Source of the DNA: Candidatus Aenigmatarchaeota archaeon
Lineage (GTDB): Archaea; Aenigmatarchaeota; Aenigmatarchaeia; CG10238-14; SCSR01
Direction of reading: 5' to 3'
Assembly: GCA_030615205.1 (NCBI GenBank)
Contig: JAUWZS010000001.1
Coordinates: 10,019 to 74,018, forward strand
Length of the DNA stretch: 64,000 bases
Under the pieces are notes generated by a model, which had not been told where the DNA came from, made no database searches, and saw only the letters and a program-made list of their open reading frames with translations. Each line of letters begins with the position of its first letter. Within the stretch, counting starts at the first letter, position 1. Made by a program: the position numbers and the translations under genes. Positions 41,006-51,224 of this stretch are shown here, piece by piece.

Positions 41006-41983
41006 ATGTATTTCGTAGAAGAGACAAAAAACGGGCAGAAAGCATACAAAGCTCTGCAATTAAAGCCAAAAAGTTTTAATGTTCTTAACAGTGATTTAGC
41101 ACAGAGAATTTTAGATGAACTCGCTAAGAGACCAAGTTGTGCTATGGACGTCGCTAGGCGGCTTAAAGAACATGAACAGAAAATTTATTACCACCTTCGA
41201 AGGTTGGAAGGCGCGGGAATAATAACTCTCAAACGAACAGAGGTGCGAGTTGGCGCTGTTGCAAAGATTTATTCTGTGTCGCATCCATTTCTTGCGATAA
41301 AATTATTCGATGGTGAGCATCTAACAGACGTAAAAACAAAGGTGAGGGAAATAGAATTTTTCAGACCTTTCATCAAAGAAGGCAGACTAGACGCGACGAT
41401 TGTTGTTGGTTCACCTGATCCTCACGGTAAATATAGCGTCCAAGCCTTGGATGGCTCGGCTGGGATAGACTTGGCACTATTTCTTGGTACATTCTTAAAA
41501 AATGCAAAGCCAAACTACAAACTTGATACAGAAATAACAGAAAAAGATATGAATGGTAATCTCATCATTATTGGCGGGCCAAAGGCAAACATAATCATCG
41601 ACAAATTTAACAAAGAATTGCCAATCTATTTTGATGCAAAGCATGATTTCAACATAGTCTCAAGCCTTACAAAGTCTGTATACAGCAGCGACGATGTTGG
41701 GATAATAATAAAAATGAAAAATCCACTAGCAAAAACCAAATCAAGGAGGACCAAAAGTAAACTTAAAAGTAAAAGCGAAACAAATGACAAATATAACGAG
41801 AAATATATACTTGTTCTGTCAGGCATACGTTTCAAAGGAACACGCGCGGCAATAATCGCTTTAATTAAACATATGCGTGAAGTCCAAATGGGAAACCGTT
41901 TTGACGAGGGTGTAGCGCGTGTTGTGCGTGGAATAGATAAAGATGCTGATGGAAGAATAGACGATGTAGAGTTCTTAGAATAG
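41006..41983 (+). CDS. ArsR-like wHTH regulator with a C-terminal alpha/beta domain
   Basis: RILDEL...AMDVARRL..HEQKIYYHLRRLEGAG; IVVGSPDPHG, LIIIGGPKAN. Confidence 0.8.
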   Translation: MYFVEETKNGQKAYKALQLKPKSFNVLNSDLAQRILDELAKRPSCAMDVARRLKEHEQKIYYHLRRLEGAGIITLKRTEVRVGAVAKIYSVSHPFLAIKLFDGEHLTDVKTKVREIEFFRPFIKEGRLDATIVVGSPDPHGKYSVQALDGSAGIDLALFLGTFLKNAKPNYKLDTEITEKDMNGNLIIIGGPKANIIIDKFNKELPIYFDAKHDFNIVSSLTKSVYSSDDVGIIIKMKNPLAKTKSRRTKSKLKSKSETNDKYNEKYILVLSGIRFKGTRAAIIALIKHMREVQMGNRFDEGVARVVRGIDKDADGRIDDVEFLE

Positions 41984-42029
41984 AAGATAATGGAAAGTGT
42001 AATAAGTTTATACTGTTTTAAATATTACG

Positions 42030-42770
42030 ATGAGAAAAATAACACCACTATCTTCCTATGTTAAAGGATATATACTTTTTAAGAAAGGTTATGTTACTGT
42101 TGGTTCTTGCGGATTTGTAGAAGTTAAGAGTGAAAGATTTCCTGAAGGGATGCCTCATATACTAAGATTTTTTAGTGATGACCTTCTTGATTATGAGCAT
42201 ACTTGTGGCGCTACAGCAAAGAATCCTGGTCTTTTATGCAAACATACAATCGCATCTCAATTTGCAAAATTCCCAAAGTTGATAGTTCCACCACATAAAG
42301 AAGTTGTAAATGTATTTGAGCATTACCGAAAAAGTAAAATGCCTTCTTATATTTTTGATAAAGATGCAAAGCTATATGAAGTAGAGATAGACTTAACAGA
42401 TCCAGAACTTGCTGGATATCTTTGGACATGTCTATTAGCAAGGTTTATGAGCAGACGACTTCTAAGACTCAAGAAAAGTGCTGTTAAAAACACTTGTAGA
42501 AATTTAGTCAAAAATGAAAAATATCTTACAGCAAAATTGAAATATTTAATTTCTTCAGAAGATAAAGAAGATCCAATACATAGAGTTCTTTGCGAATGTA
42601 ATGGTAAAAGTTTAGGCGATATTATATTGGAAAATGAAGAAGAGGGAATAGAAAATACAAAGGCGATTATATATAGAGCATTCAAAGAAGATTTACTTCT
42701 TCCAAAAAAGTTAGGAGAAACTTACCTTAAGGCTTATCAACAATATGATGATTTGGGTTTAGTTCTTTAA
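42030..42770 (+). CDS. Hypothetical protein with a SWIM-like zinc motif
   Basis: HTC-x9-CKH. Confidence 0.65.
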   Translation: MRKITPLSSYVKGYILFKKGYVTVGSCGFVEVKSERFPEGMPHILRFFSDDLLDYEHTCGATAKNPGLLCKHTIASQFAKFPKLIVPPHKEVVNVFEHYRKSKMPSYIFDKDAKLYEVEIDLTDPELAGYLWTCLLARFMSRRLLRLKKSAVKNTCRNLVKNEKYLTAKLKYLISSEDKEDPIHRVLCECNGKSLGDIILENEEEGIENTKAIIYRAFKEDLLLPKKLGETYLKAYQQYDDLGLVL

Positions 42771-43024
42771 ATTTCTCCGGCATGTGCATTAACCCAATTC
42801 TTTATTGCCGATTTTGCCTCTACTGCCGTTTTTGTTTCATCAGGCAGAGTCCGTTTGATGGTTATCGGTATGATTTGATTTTTAAACTCTTCTTTCGCAA
42901 TTTCAATTGGAGAAGTCTTTTCTGTTTTTGTGAGCACTGGCGCACCAAGTGCGATCTGAAGAGATCTCGCACCAATAAGCCTCGCAACTTCAAACCTCGT
43001 GAATTCGTCATTTGGCCAAAGCAA
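42767..43024 (-). CDS. rpoK: RNA polymerase subunit K (Rpo6)
   Basis: TRFEVARLIGARSLQIALGAP; TTG start. Confidence 0.95.
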   Translation of the reverse strand: MLWPNDEFTRFEVARLIGARSLQIALGAPVLTKTEKTSPIEIAKEEFKNQIIPITIKRTLPDETKTAVEAKSAIKNWVNAHAGEI

Positions 43025-43051
43025 TTACTCAACCTCTATCGATTTTACTTT

Positions 43052-43246
43052 TTATGTTTTGAACTGGCTTATTTCCTTCATTATATCAACGCTCGACATA
43101 AATATCTGTCTGCAACAATAACGATCCAATCCGAGATCAGTCATTACCTTTCCGGAATCTTCACCCTCTTCTACACGTCTTTTATACTCTTCTAACAAAT
43201 GACTAATAACTTTTCCGCAAGTGAAGCATCGAACAGGAATCATCAT
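43052..43246 (-). CDS. rpoN: RNA polymerase subunit N (Rpo10)
   Basis: IPVRCFTCGK...RYCCR. Confidence 0.97.
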   Translation of the reverse strand: MMIPVRCFTCGKVISHLLEEYKRRVEEGEDSGKVMTDLGLDRYCCRQIFMSSVDIMKEISQFKT

Positions 43247-43325
43247 TTTATCAACATCGCATATTCATCTTAACATATTCATTCAACACTGTATTCATCT
43301 TTTTAGATTCTTCTGACTTAAATTT

Positions 43326-43805
43326 TTACCTCTTGCTCCTCTGTTTATGCCTTCGACTCCCTTTTCTGCTGCGTGATGGTTTGTGAGGCTCTGTACGCCT
43401 AGGGTCGTAAACTAAAAGGTTTCTATCAAAATCCAAAAATTTATTTTTCAAGTTTTTGTCTTTTGAAAATTCAACCAAGCCACGAGCAATTGCCAACCTA
43501 CAAGCTTCGGCCTGCGCTGATATACCACCGCCTTTTACATTTATAGTGATGTCTACATTCTTCGCGACTTGTTCTCCGATTAAAAGAGGCTCTCTCAACC
43601 ACAAACGCAATACTTCCGTAGCCCAAAGCTCCAATGGCTTTGAGTTTATTGATATTTTCCCTTTTCCAGGTTCGATTTTTGCCCTGGCAACAGCCTTTTT
43701 CCTTTTCCCAGTTGTAAAGAAGTAATTAATCTCTGCCTTTTTCTTTTTCTTCCCCCTCTTAGATTTTCCCTTTGTCTTTTTCTGTGCCTTTTTTCCCTCT
43801 GCCAT
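43326..43805 (-). CDS. rps9: Ribosomal protein uS9
   Basis: GKRKKAVARA, GGG..QAEA, D.R..E, KQRSKR; ATG at 43805 preceded by GGTGA. Confidence 0.96.
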   Translation of the reverse strand: MAEGKKAQKKTKGKSKRGKKKKKAEINYFFTTGKRKKAVARAKIEPGKGKISINSKPLELWATEVLRLWLREPLLIGEQVAKNVDITINVKGGGISAQAEACRLAIARGLVEFSKDKNLKNKFLDFDRNLLVYDPRRTEPHKPSRSRKGSRRHKQRSKR

Positions 43806-43809
43806 TATT

Positions 43810-44238
43810 TCACCATCTTTTTTTCGCACCCAATAGAACAGACAATTCGCCAAGTGTCATGCTCTTTGTTCTAAGCTTTGACGCATCAGCGACCTTTTCC
43901 TTTTCAAATTTGCCTGTGCTGTTTTTTAACTCAGTCGGTATTCCTATATACACACGCAGACTCTTGTAAGCCTTCCTGCCGCATGCTTTCTTCCATGGCA
44001 GCATACCACGAACAGCACGCCTGAACATACCATCAGGTGTACGAGGAAAGAACGGACCTTTTATAGGGTCCCCGCGTTTTACACGGATTTGATAATGCGA
44101 AACAGTCGCTCTCTTGCTACCGGAAAGAACAGCCTTTTCAGCATTTACAACCAGAACCCTCTTGCCATTGAGCAGCTTTTTTGCAATTACCGAACTCAGA
44201 CGACCGAGAATTTGTCCCTCTGCATCATAAATTATCAT
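43810..44238 (-). CDS. rpl13: Ribosomal protein uL13
   Basis: ILGRLSS, VVNAEKA, RRAVRGMLP. Confidence 0.96.
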   Translation of the reverse strand: MIIYDAEGQILGRLSSVIAKKLLNGKRVLVVNAEKAVLSGSKRATVSHYQIRVKRGDPIKGPFFPRTPDGMFRRAVRGMLPWKKACGRKAYKSLRVYIGIPTELKNSTGKFEKEKVADASKLRTKSMTLGELSVLLGAKKRW

Positions 44239-44247
44239 ATATTACAC

Positions 44248-44604
44248 CTATCCTACCATAATTCTTATTTTTGACCCCTTAGGATTCTTTTTAAAAAGCT
44301 CTTCGATTGTCATTGTGGAGCCCTTCGATTTTTTTATTTTCTCTACTGCTGTTGAACTAAAGCGCCATGCAGCAATAGTTACTGGCTTGTTGATTTCGCC
44401 GCCTGCAAGAACGATTCCAGGCACTACAATCGTCTCTCCACCTTTTGCATGCCTGTTTATCAACGAAACATTCACTTCTATCTTTTTCCTGCGCGCACTG
44501 CCGAGCTTTTTTGCAACATCTTTCCATGCTGCCGATTTTGTCTTTTGGAGTCTATTTATCAGCGTGCGCATATGTACATTCGTCGGACCTGTTCGTTTTA
44601 CCAT
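44248..44604 (-). CDS. rpl18e: Ribosomal protein eL18
   Basis: TGPTN, VNVSLI, VVPGIVL, FS..A..KI. Confidence 0.95.
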   Translation of the reverse strand: MVKRTGPTNVHMRTLINRLQKTKSAAWKDVAKKLGSARRKKIEVNVSLINRHAKGGETIVVPGIVLAGGEINKPVTIAAWRFSSTAVEKIKKSKGSTMTIEELFKKNPKGSKIRIMVG

Positions 44605-44834
44605 GGTTACACCCTAAGTTCTTCAAATCGATATTAAGAATTTTAATTATTAATCTTAATATAAATCTTTAACATCTCTTTAACATAAAACTTCGGAAGT
44701 TAAACTTAAAAATTATAGGTAATGGTTATCCAACAAGGAGAATTCTTCAAGGAAATTTATATTTCACGTAAAATTATTTAGATTTGAAAGTCTAATTGTG
44801 GAAAGATTTAAGAATTTAACTCTTTATTGTCTTA

Positions 44835-45890
44835 TTGATTAGAATGACAACGCCATTAGGATTATGCAAAGGGGTTACAAAATACATCTACAATAAAGTA
44901 TTTGAATTAAGAGCGAAGAGAGTTGTAGAAAGACGAGGGCCCAATCATCCTATTTATGATCATGAGATGGATGCAGAGAATGCTGGTCTTCATTTTCTAT
45001 TAAAAGAGAGTGAAAGACATCCTGATTTAAAAATGGCCCTTGGTTTTGAATTAAGGCCTAAATGGTATTGTATTCAAAATGGGTTGAAAGAAGAAGGAGA
45101 TATAGAGTTTGTTAAAGAATTTAATCCTGACATATGTCTTTTATCCGATCCTATAGATGGAAGTAAGGCAGATGTTCCCGCCTATGAAAGTAGATTTGGT
45201 AAACCAATAATTGATGGAGGATTATATGAAGTCTTTAGTACTGTGATAGGATTTTTTGTTGATAAACCAACACTTAAAGAGGCAGAGTGTTGTGCAATTC
45301 AAAGATGGGACGGTAAACAATATTTTGCTAATAAACATGAGGCATTGGTAGGATATGAGGGAGAGGAAGCGGTGGTAAAGGCAAAACCATTAGATGAGAT
45401 AAATTTAAGAACAAAACTATATACAGCTGCGCATTATGCTCATGCTGCACCCATAGCTTATTTCGCTGTTGAAACTATTAGAGAAGAGTTACAAATTCCA
45501 GAAAAACAAAGTCCGGGAGTAAGGTCGACTGGTTCTACAACTTATGAAATGCTTCAACCTACGATGACAAAGAGTATAGCTTTTGATATAAGAGATGAAG
45601 TTAAAAGAGTTTTGGAAAAATACGGGCGAAAGATGGAAAGAGGAGCATATACACACGATTTTGCACCACCTGGATTTTTTGCTAAAAGAGCTGACGTAAT
45701 AACCCTAAACTTGGATGGTACAGAACTTGATTGTAATTTACTTGAGTACAAAACAGGATCTTATTTTGTATCTCCCCAAGGAGGAGCAGGAAATAAAATA
45801 TTAAAAATTTTACAGAATAAGGTTCTTCCGAAAATACCAGAAAAAGCAGAAGAGTGGATTGACTGGTATCCAGTATCTTCAGAAAATTAA
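44835..45890 (+). CDS. Divergent inositol monophosphatase/FBPase-superfamily protein
   Basis: DPIDGS metal-binding motif, RSTGS, HDFA; start may be the ATG at 44844. Confidence 0.6.
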   Translation: MIRMTTPLGLCKGVTKYIYNKVFELRAKRVVERRGPNHPIYDHEMDAENAGLHFLLKESERHPDLKMALGFELRPKWYCIQNGLKEEGDIEFVKEFNPDICLLSDPIDGSKADVPAYESRFGKPIIDGGLYEVFSTVIGFFVDKPTLKEAECCAIQRWDGKQYFANKHEALVGYEGEEAVVKAKPLDEINLRTKLYTAAHYAHAAPIAYFAVETIREELQIPEKQSPGVRSTGSTTYEMLQPTMTKSIAFDIRDEVKRVLEKYGRKMERGAYTHDFAPPGFFAKRADVITLNLDGTELDCNLLEYKTGSYFVSPQGGAGNKILKILQNKVLPKIPEKAEEWIDWYPVSSEN

Positions 45891-46019
45891 TAAGATTAGA
45901 CTTTCAAAATAAAAAACTTTGGGCTCGAACAAGAAGATTTTTTTCAAGGAAATCCACATATCAAGAAGAATATCTTAGAAGCACTTGTTGGTTAAAAATT
46001 ATCAGATTTTAATTTCGAG

Positions 46020-46112
46020 TGCGGCTGGCGGGATTTGAACCCGCGTTGCGAGCTTTCTCCGCTTTTGCTCAGCATGGGAAGCTCGAGTCTTACCAGACTG
46101 GACCACAACCGC
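46020..46112 (-). tRNA. tRNA-Gly(CCC) with a 20-nt intron at 37/38 (46055..46074)
   Basis: GCGGTTG/CAGCCGC-A; stem CGAGC/GCTCG; BHB TTCC/GGAG with bulges CA^T and AA^A. Confidence 0.93.
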
Positions 46113-46232
46113 TTTAATGCTCGGCAATAAATATTAAAATTTCTTCTATACTTAAAAGTAAAAAAAAAGAAGGAAAAGATTTCTATCTGTTGGTTGTTTG
46201 TATTATTTTGTATTACTGTAGATTACGTTAGG

Positions 46233-46871
46233 TTACTTTAGAATTTGTTTTAATTTTTTCTTTGCAATTACTGCAATTACGTCTTTTAGTCCAAGCCCTA
46301 TTGCTATTGCAAGGCCAATACCGATTGAACCAACTATTACTAGCAGTAAGTTGTTGATTAGTGTTGCATCGATTCCAACTAGTGGTAGTGCAAGCGCAAA
46401 TGCTATGTATATTACCAGCCAGAATAGAATCTTACCCATTATGGCTGAGTATATTATTTTGCTCTTTTCAATTTGTTTCTGCACATATCCGGCGATGACA
46501 TAACCAACTATTACTAGGATTACTGCTCCTAATAAACCGGGTATGAAATTGAGTATCATACCAACGAAGTCGATTAACGCTTGGACTCCCAATGCTTCAA
46601 CTGAAGCTTTTATGAAGACTAGATATATGACCCACTCGAATATTACTGGAAATATATCACTGAGTCTTAGCATAGATCCTCTTTTTGATATATACTGGTC
46701 TATTTTGAATCTGAGCATTAGCTCTTTCACTATCCTGCCTACTAATGATCCTATTCCCCAACCTATTGCCAGCAGTATCACAGCTGCAACAATTTTCGGG
46801 AAGAATAGTATTACTGAATTTAAGAACATCTCCAAAGGTTGTGTCAATGGTTCTATTACTTCCCAAGCCAT
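46233..46871 (-). CDS. CmpX/MscS-associated TM-helix repeat membrane protein
   Basis: Two P.IVAAVILL..G repeats; GLAIAIGLGLKD. Confidence 0.85.
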   Translation of the reverse strand: MAWEVIEPLTQPLEMFLNSVILFFPKIVAAVILLAIGWGIGSLVGRIVKELMLRFKIDQYISKRGSMLRLSDIFPVIFEWVIYLVFIKASVEALGVQALIDFVGMILNFIPGLLGAVILVIVGYVIAGYVQKQIEKSKIIYSAIMGKILFWLVIYIAFALALPLVGIDATLINNLLLVIVGSIGIGLAIAIGLGLKDVIAVIAKKKLKQILK

Positions 46872-46988
46872 TTTATTACCTAAATTAAATTAGGTTCTTG
46901 GTATTAAAAGTAATTGCGAGCTACGAGTAACGCTCATCTGATCTTCAAGAAGTTTTAAAAATTCTTAAGATTTCTACAAAAATTTGAA

Positions 46989-47071
46989 CGCCGAGGCTGG
47001 GATTTGAACCCAGATGTCCAAAGGACGCTGGTTTTCGAGACCAGTGCACTACCTGGTTATGCGACCTCGGC
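46989..47071 (-). tRNA. tRNA-Ser(CGA)
   Basis: GCCGAGG/CCTCGGC-G, loop CT-CGA-AA, long variable arm. Confidence 0.95.
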
Positions 47072-47089
47072 ATTTATTGATATTAGGTG

Positions 47090-47503
47090 TTATTTCTTCT
47101 TTTTTCGCGGTTTTTTCTTGTCACGCTTAATTTTATGTGTGAGGTTTATTAATAAATCTGTTCCTGCGACGACTAGAGCCGGTTGCATGCCGAGTGAGAA
47201 AAATGCTGTAGCAAAAACTGCAGTAGGCTTTACAATGAGCCGATAAGGCCTGTCCACCTCGATTATTATAATCAGCAGCTCAGATATGAAAAGCAGAAGA
47301 AGCATCCACGAGAACATGCCAAACGCGTCACCAAAAACCGGAAAGAAAAAGTTAAGTACAAACACACCAAGCTTTGCCATCATCCCCATCATATCAAAGC
47401 CAAGTATGAAAAGGGCTATGCGAACCAGCATATCAAGCGCGAAAGGATTAAACCAAGCGATTAGTGCAATTATCAGTCCAGCAATTGTCAGCAAAACCTT
47501 CAT
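47090..47503 (-). CDS. Hypothetical membrane protein
   Basis: Hydrophobic 137-aa ORF with a basic tail. Confidence 0.75.
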   Translation of the reverse strand: MKVLLTIAGLIIALIAWFNPFALDMLVRIALFILGFDMMGMMAKLGVFVLNFFFPVFGDAFGMFSWMLLLLFISELLIIIIEVDRPYRLIVKPTAVFATAFFSLGMQPALVVAGTDLLINLTHKIKRDKKKPRKKKK

Positions 47504-47818
47504 TCAAATCAGCCACAACAGAGCTAAAATAGCAACAACTATAACTAATGCTATGCCAATGGCCAAAAGGGTCCTTGAACTTTTAAAAATGAATTTTGTT
47601 ATTAAAATAAAAACAATCGCGCCGATTACGATGGCTAGAATAAATCCGAATATTCCGAGCGTTGAGAAAAACATAAGCGAAAGTACAAGTTCGCCAAGCT
47701 TCCCAATAATAAAAAATATTGTTTGTAAAACTCCGTTGATTATCCCGTATAAGAGTTCTGCGATTAGTATAAGCGGTGATTTCATTTTTTCCACCAGTAT
47801 TAGATTTTCACTTATCAA
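47504..47818 (-). CDS. Hypothetical membrane protein
   Basis: Three hydrophobic segments; abuts both neighbours; start uncertain. Confidence 0.7.
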   Translation of the reverse strand: MISENLILVEKMKSPLILIAELLYGIINGVLQTIFFIIGKLGELVLSLMFFSTLGIFGFILAIVIGAIVFILITKFIFKSSRTLLAIGIALVIVVAILALLWLI

Positions 47819-48500
47819 TTAATTTCGCGTTTTCACAAATAAGATAACCGCTTGCCGTGTTCTCATCCCAGATTTTTTTTATGTTGCCTAGCTCTATGCG
47901 TTTGTTAAAGAATGGCGCATCGGCCACAAAAGTTTCTGCTTCACCGCCTTCAAATATTATATTTATCCCATATTTTTCATGCAAGTCTTTTAAATCTTCG
48001 ATACATTTTTCATCAATCTTTCTTCCAAGCCAGCTTTCGTCCATGCCAGCAGTTGCAACCCCAGTAATAATGATTTCAAACCCCGCGTCAATCTCTTCTC
48101 TTAGTAGCCTCTCTTCGTTTTTGTGCCATAATGGCGTGATGCTCTTCACTCCAAGCTCTTTACACACAGCATCAATTCTATCTTTTTGGTACCGGCTTAA
48201 AACAGCTCCGGATATAACAGCATCAATCTCGCCTATAATCGGTTTTATCGCTGCGATCAAATCTTCAAGTTCTTTCTCCTTTTCGCCACTCGTTTTTTTC
48301 GTGATTTGTTTTATTCCTATTGCTTTTGCTTGAAGCTTTGTCAATTCGATGCATGGGTGGTGAAACATCCAAGAATCTTTTCTTTCTGGTATAATTGTGA
48401 CTAAGTATTTCACTTCCCAACCTTGTTCAAGTACCACGTGTGTTGCAAAGGTGGAATCTTTTCCTCCGCTGAATAAAACGGCAACTTGCATATCAATCAT
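47808..48500 (-). CDS. Diphthine-ammonia ligase (Dph6 family)
   Basis: LFSGGKDS, SWMFH, S.YQ..RI, EGGEAET. Confidence 0.92.
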   Translation of the reverse strand: MIDMQVAVLFSGGKDSTFATHVVLEQGWEVKYLVTIIPERKDSWMFHHPCIELTKLQAKAIGIKQITKKTSGEKEKELEDLIAAIKPIIGEIDAVISGAVLSRYQKDRIDAVCKELGVKSITPLWHKNEERLLREEIDAGFEIIITGVATAGMDESWLGRKIDEKCIEDLKDLHEKYGINIIFEGGEAETFVADAPFFNKRIELGNIKKIWDENTASGYLICENAKLIDK

Positions 48501-48529
48501 TTAATAATTTAAAATCGTAAAATTTAACT

Positions 48530-48943
48530 ATGGTTGTATTTCAAGACAAGTTCGAGATATCGACTTCGAAAAGAACAGAATTAGTAGATGTGACAAATAA
48601 AGTTGAGAGCATTGTTGGCAAAAGCAAAATAAAAAATGGTATCTGTGTCGTATTCGTGCCACATGCAACAGCTGCTGTGATGCTAAATGAGAATGAGCGA
48701 GGTTTGGTCAGCGATATTATAAATAAAGTCGAAAAAGAGTTCCCAGCAGGCGCAGGCTACAGGCATGACAGAATAGACGACAATGCAGATTCGCATCTCG
48801 CTAGCGCTTTTATCGGCCAATCTAAAACACTGCCCGTGAATAATGGTCAATTGATACGTGGTACGTGGCAGCAGATATTTGTACTTGAAGTGGATGGACC
48901 GAGAAGTAGTAGAAATGTTGTCGTAACTGTGATCGGCGAATGA
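48530..48943 (+). CDS. yjbQ: YjbQ/UPF0047-family protein
   Basis: PHATAAV.LNENE, NADSH, GTWQ.IF..E.DGPR. Confidence 0.93.
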   Translation: MVVFQDKFEISTSKRTELVDVTNKVESIVGKSKIKNGICVVFVPHATAAVMLNENERGLVSDIINKVEKEFPAGAGYRHDRIDDNADSHLASAFIGQSKTLPVNNGQLIRGTWQQIFVLEVDGPRSSRNVVVTVIGE

Positions 48944-48976
48944 GTTTTAAATTGTAAAAAACTAATTCTGTGTTGT

Positions 48977-50533
48977 ATGGATAGGCATAAAGCAAGGTAT
49001 GAAATAACTACGCCGTTTGAATCGCGCGAGTACCAGACTACGATTGCGCAAAAGGCTGTAGAGAGGAACACGCTGGTAGTGCTGCCGACAGGCATGGGCA
49101 AGACTTTGATTGCTGTGCTTGTGGGAATAGAACGATTGAACAAGTATCCGAGCGATAAAATAATGATAATGGCGCCGACACGGCCGCTCAACGCTCAGCA
49201 CACTAAAAGTTTTGAAAAATTTACAACAGTGCCTAAAGAGGACATCGCATTAATTACTGGAAAATACCTGCCAGCAAAGCGTGAGCAGATGTACAAAGAC
49301 GCTACCATAATCGCTGCCACACCACAATGCATACGAAACGATTTGAAGAACGGTCGGCTTGATTTGGCTGATTTCTCATTCATAATTTTCGATGAAGCGC
49401 ACCGTGCTGTAAAAGGATATGCATATACATACATTGCAAAAAAGTACATGTTGCAAGCTGAGCATCCGCTTATTCTCGGTTTGACCGCATCGCCTGGCAG
49501 CTCGCGAGCGAAAATAAACGAAATCACTGAGAATCTGTTCATAAAAGCTGCTGAAATACGGAGTGAAACGGATGGCGACGTGCAACCGTATGTGCAGGAT
49601 ATAGAACGTGAATGGGTTTATGTTGATTTTCCGGAAAAATATAAAAAAATAAAATCTCTTTTAGAAGAGTGCTTGAAAGACGATGTACATTGGTTGAAAG
49701 AGAAGCATTACATATTTACGTACAAGCCCAGCAAGAAAATGCTTTTAGACCTGCAACGCAGAGTTGGCTCCAGATATTCAAAAGGGTCGAAGCACTTTGG
49801 TACAATGTGGGCAATGATACGTTCGGCCGAGGCAATCAAGCTGGAGCACGCAATCGAGCTGCTTGAGACACAGGGTATTCCATTTCTGCACGACTACTTT
49901 GAAAAGATAAAGTCGAGCAAAAAACGCACGGACCGGAGACTGATAAAAAACAGGCGAATAGAAGAAGCGATGAAAACAATTGACAAACTTTACAAATCCG
50001 GCGAAGAGCACCCAAAAATGAAAAAAATGCGAACGCTTGTGAAAACCTTAGCAAAACCAGACATAAAAATAATCGTGTTCGCAAATTATCGTGCAACTGT
50101 TGAAAAAATAAAAAATATGCTTAAAGCTGAAGGGATATCTGCGCATGAATTTATCGGACAGACAACAAAAAACGGCAAAGGGATGAAGCAGGAAGAGCAG
50201 ATTGATGTGCTCAACCGCTTCCGCAATGGCGAGTTCAGTGCTCTGGTTGCAACATGCGTGGGCGAGGAAGGTCTAGATGTTCCAGCAGTTGATTATGCGA
50301 TTTTTTACGAGCCTGTACCAAGCGAGATACGTAGCATACAAAGACGCGGACGGGTCGGTAGGCAGATTGCAGGTAAAGTTATTTTTCTGATAACAAAAGA
50401 AACGCGCGACGAAGCGTACTACTGGTCTGCTTTGCATAAAGAAAAGAGAATGAAGAAAATCTTACGTGGTTTGCAAGATGGTAAAAAACTCAATAAGAAA
50501 AAATCTTTATTGGACTGGACGATGGAAAAATAA
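48977..50533 (+). CDS. Hef/FANCM-type SF2 helicase (helicase part only)
   Basis: REYQ, LPTGMGKT, DEAHRA, GLTASPG, EEGLD, IQRRGRVGR. Confidence 0.93.
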   Translation: MDRHKARYEITTPFESREYQTTIAQKAVERNTLVVLPTGMGKTLIAVLVGIERLNKYPSDKIMIMAPTRPLNAQHTKSFEKFTTVPKEDIALITGKYLPAKREQMYKDATIIAATPQCIRNDLKNGRLDLADFSFIIFDEAHRAVKGYAYTYIAKKYMLQAEHPLILGLTASPGSSRAKINEITENLFIKAAEIRSETDGDVQPYVQDIEREWVYVDFPEKYKKIKSLLEECLKDDVHWLKEKHYIFTYKPSKKMLLDLQRRVGSRYSKGSKHFGTMWAMIRSAEAIKLEHAIELLETQGIPFLHDYFEKIKSSKKRTDRRLIKNRRIEEAMKTIDKLYKSGEEHPKMKKMRTLVKTLAKPDIKIIVFANYRATVEKIKNMLKAEGISAHEFIGQTTKNGKGMKQEEQIDVLNRFRNGEFSALVATCVGEEGLDVPAVDYAIFYEPVPSEIRSIQRRGRVGRQIAGKVIFLITKETRDEAYYWSALHKEKRMKKILRGLQDGKKLNKKKSLLDWTMEK

Positions 50534-50557
50534 GTAGAAAAAAAAGTGGTATCTTAA

Positions 50558-51211
50558 ATGCAATCTCAGAAAATTTTCAAGCTTAAAGGAAAAGCTGTTG
50601 TAGTATGCGACTATAGAGAGAAAGAAGTTGCTAGCTTTCTAAAACTTTTCGGTGCGCATGTCAACAAAACTTCGCTGAGCATCGGTGATTTTGTTTGTTC
50701 TGACCGCGTTGTTGTTGAACGCAAAGAACATGGAGATTTTATCTCTTCTATAATCGACGGCCGTATTTTCGAGCAAGCAAATAGTATGAAGGAGGAATTC
50801 GGAAAACCTATTTTTATTATAGAGGGTAATTCAAATCGCAGCATAAGCATAAACGCACTCAAAGCAGCTATTGCAACGCTTGCAACGAATTTTGATGCAT
50901 CTGTAATCTCAACAAAAAATCAAAAAGACACAGCACTCACAGTTTTCTGGATTGCAAAAAAAGAGCAACAAGGAGCCGGCCGCGGAATTTCGATAAAAGT
51001 TGGAAAAAAATCTAAAGACGAACGCAAGCTACAAGAACAAATCGTATGCGGCCTACCAGGTGTGAGCACTATAATTTGTAAGCGCTTGCTTGAGCATTTT
51101 GGCAGCGTAGAGGGAGCTTTTGCAGCAAGTGAGAAAGAGCTGCGAGATGTTAAGGGTGTTGGGAAAAAACTCGCCAAGCGCATCAGAAAAATTTTGGAGA
51201 AGAGGTATTAG
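50558..51211 (+). CDS. ERCC4/XPF nuclease with HhH motifs
   Basis: DYRE, GDF, VERK, SIIDGR.FEQ, LPGV, VKGVG. Confidence 0.93.
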   Translation: MQSQKIFKLKGKAVVVCDYREKEVASFLKLFGAHVNKTSLSIGDFVCSDRVVVERKEHGDFISSIIDGRIFEQANSMKEEFGKPIFIIEGNSNRSISINALKAAIATLATNFDASVISTKNQKDTALTVFWIAKKEQQGAGRGISIKVGKKSKDERKLQEQIVCGLPGVSTIICKRLLEHFGSVEGAFAASEKELRDVKGVGKKLAKRIRKILEKRY

Positions 51212-51224
51212 AAGCGGTGAGAAC

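Noticed and set aside
46055..46074. tRNA-Gly intron as another C/D guide (contains CUGA)
   Set aside because: Only 20 nt, with no box C and no room for a guide
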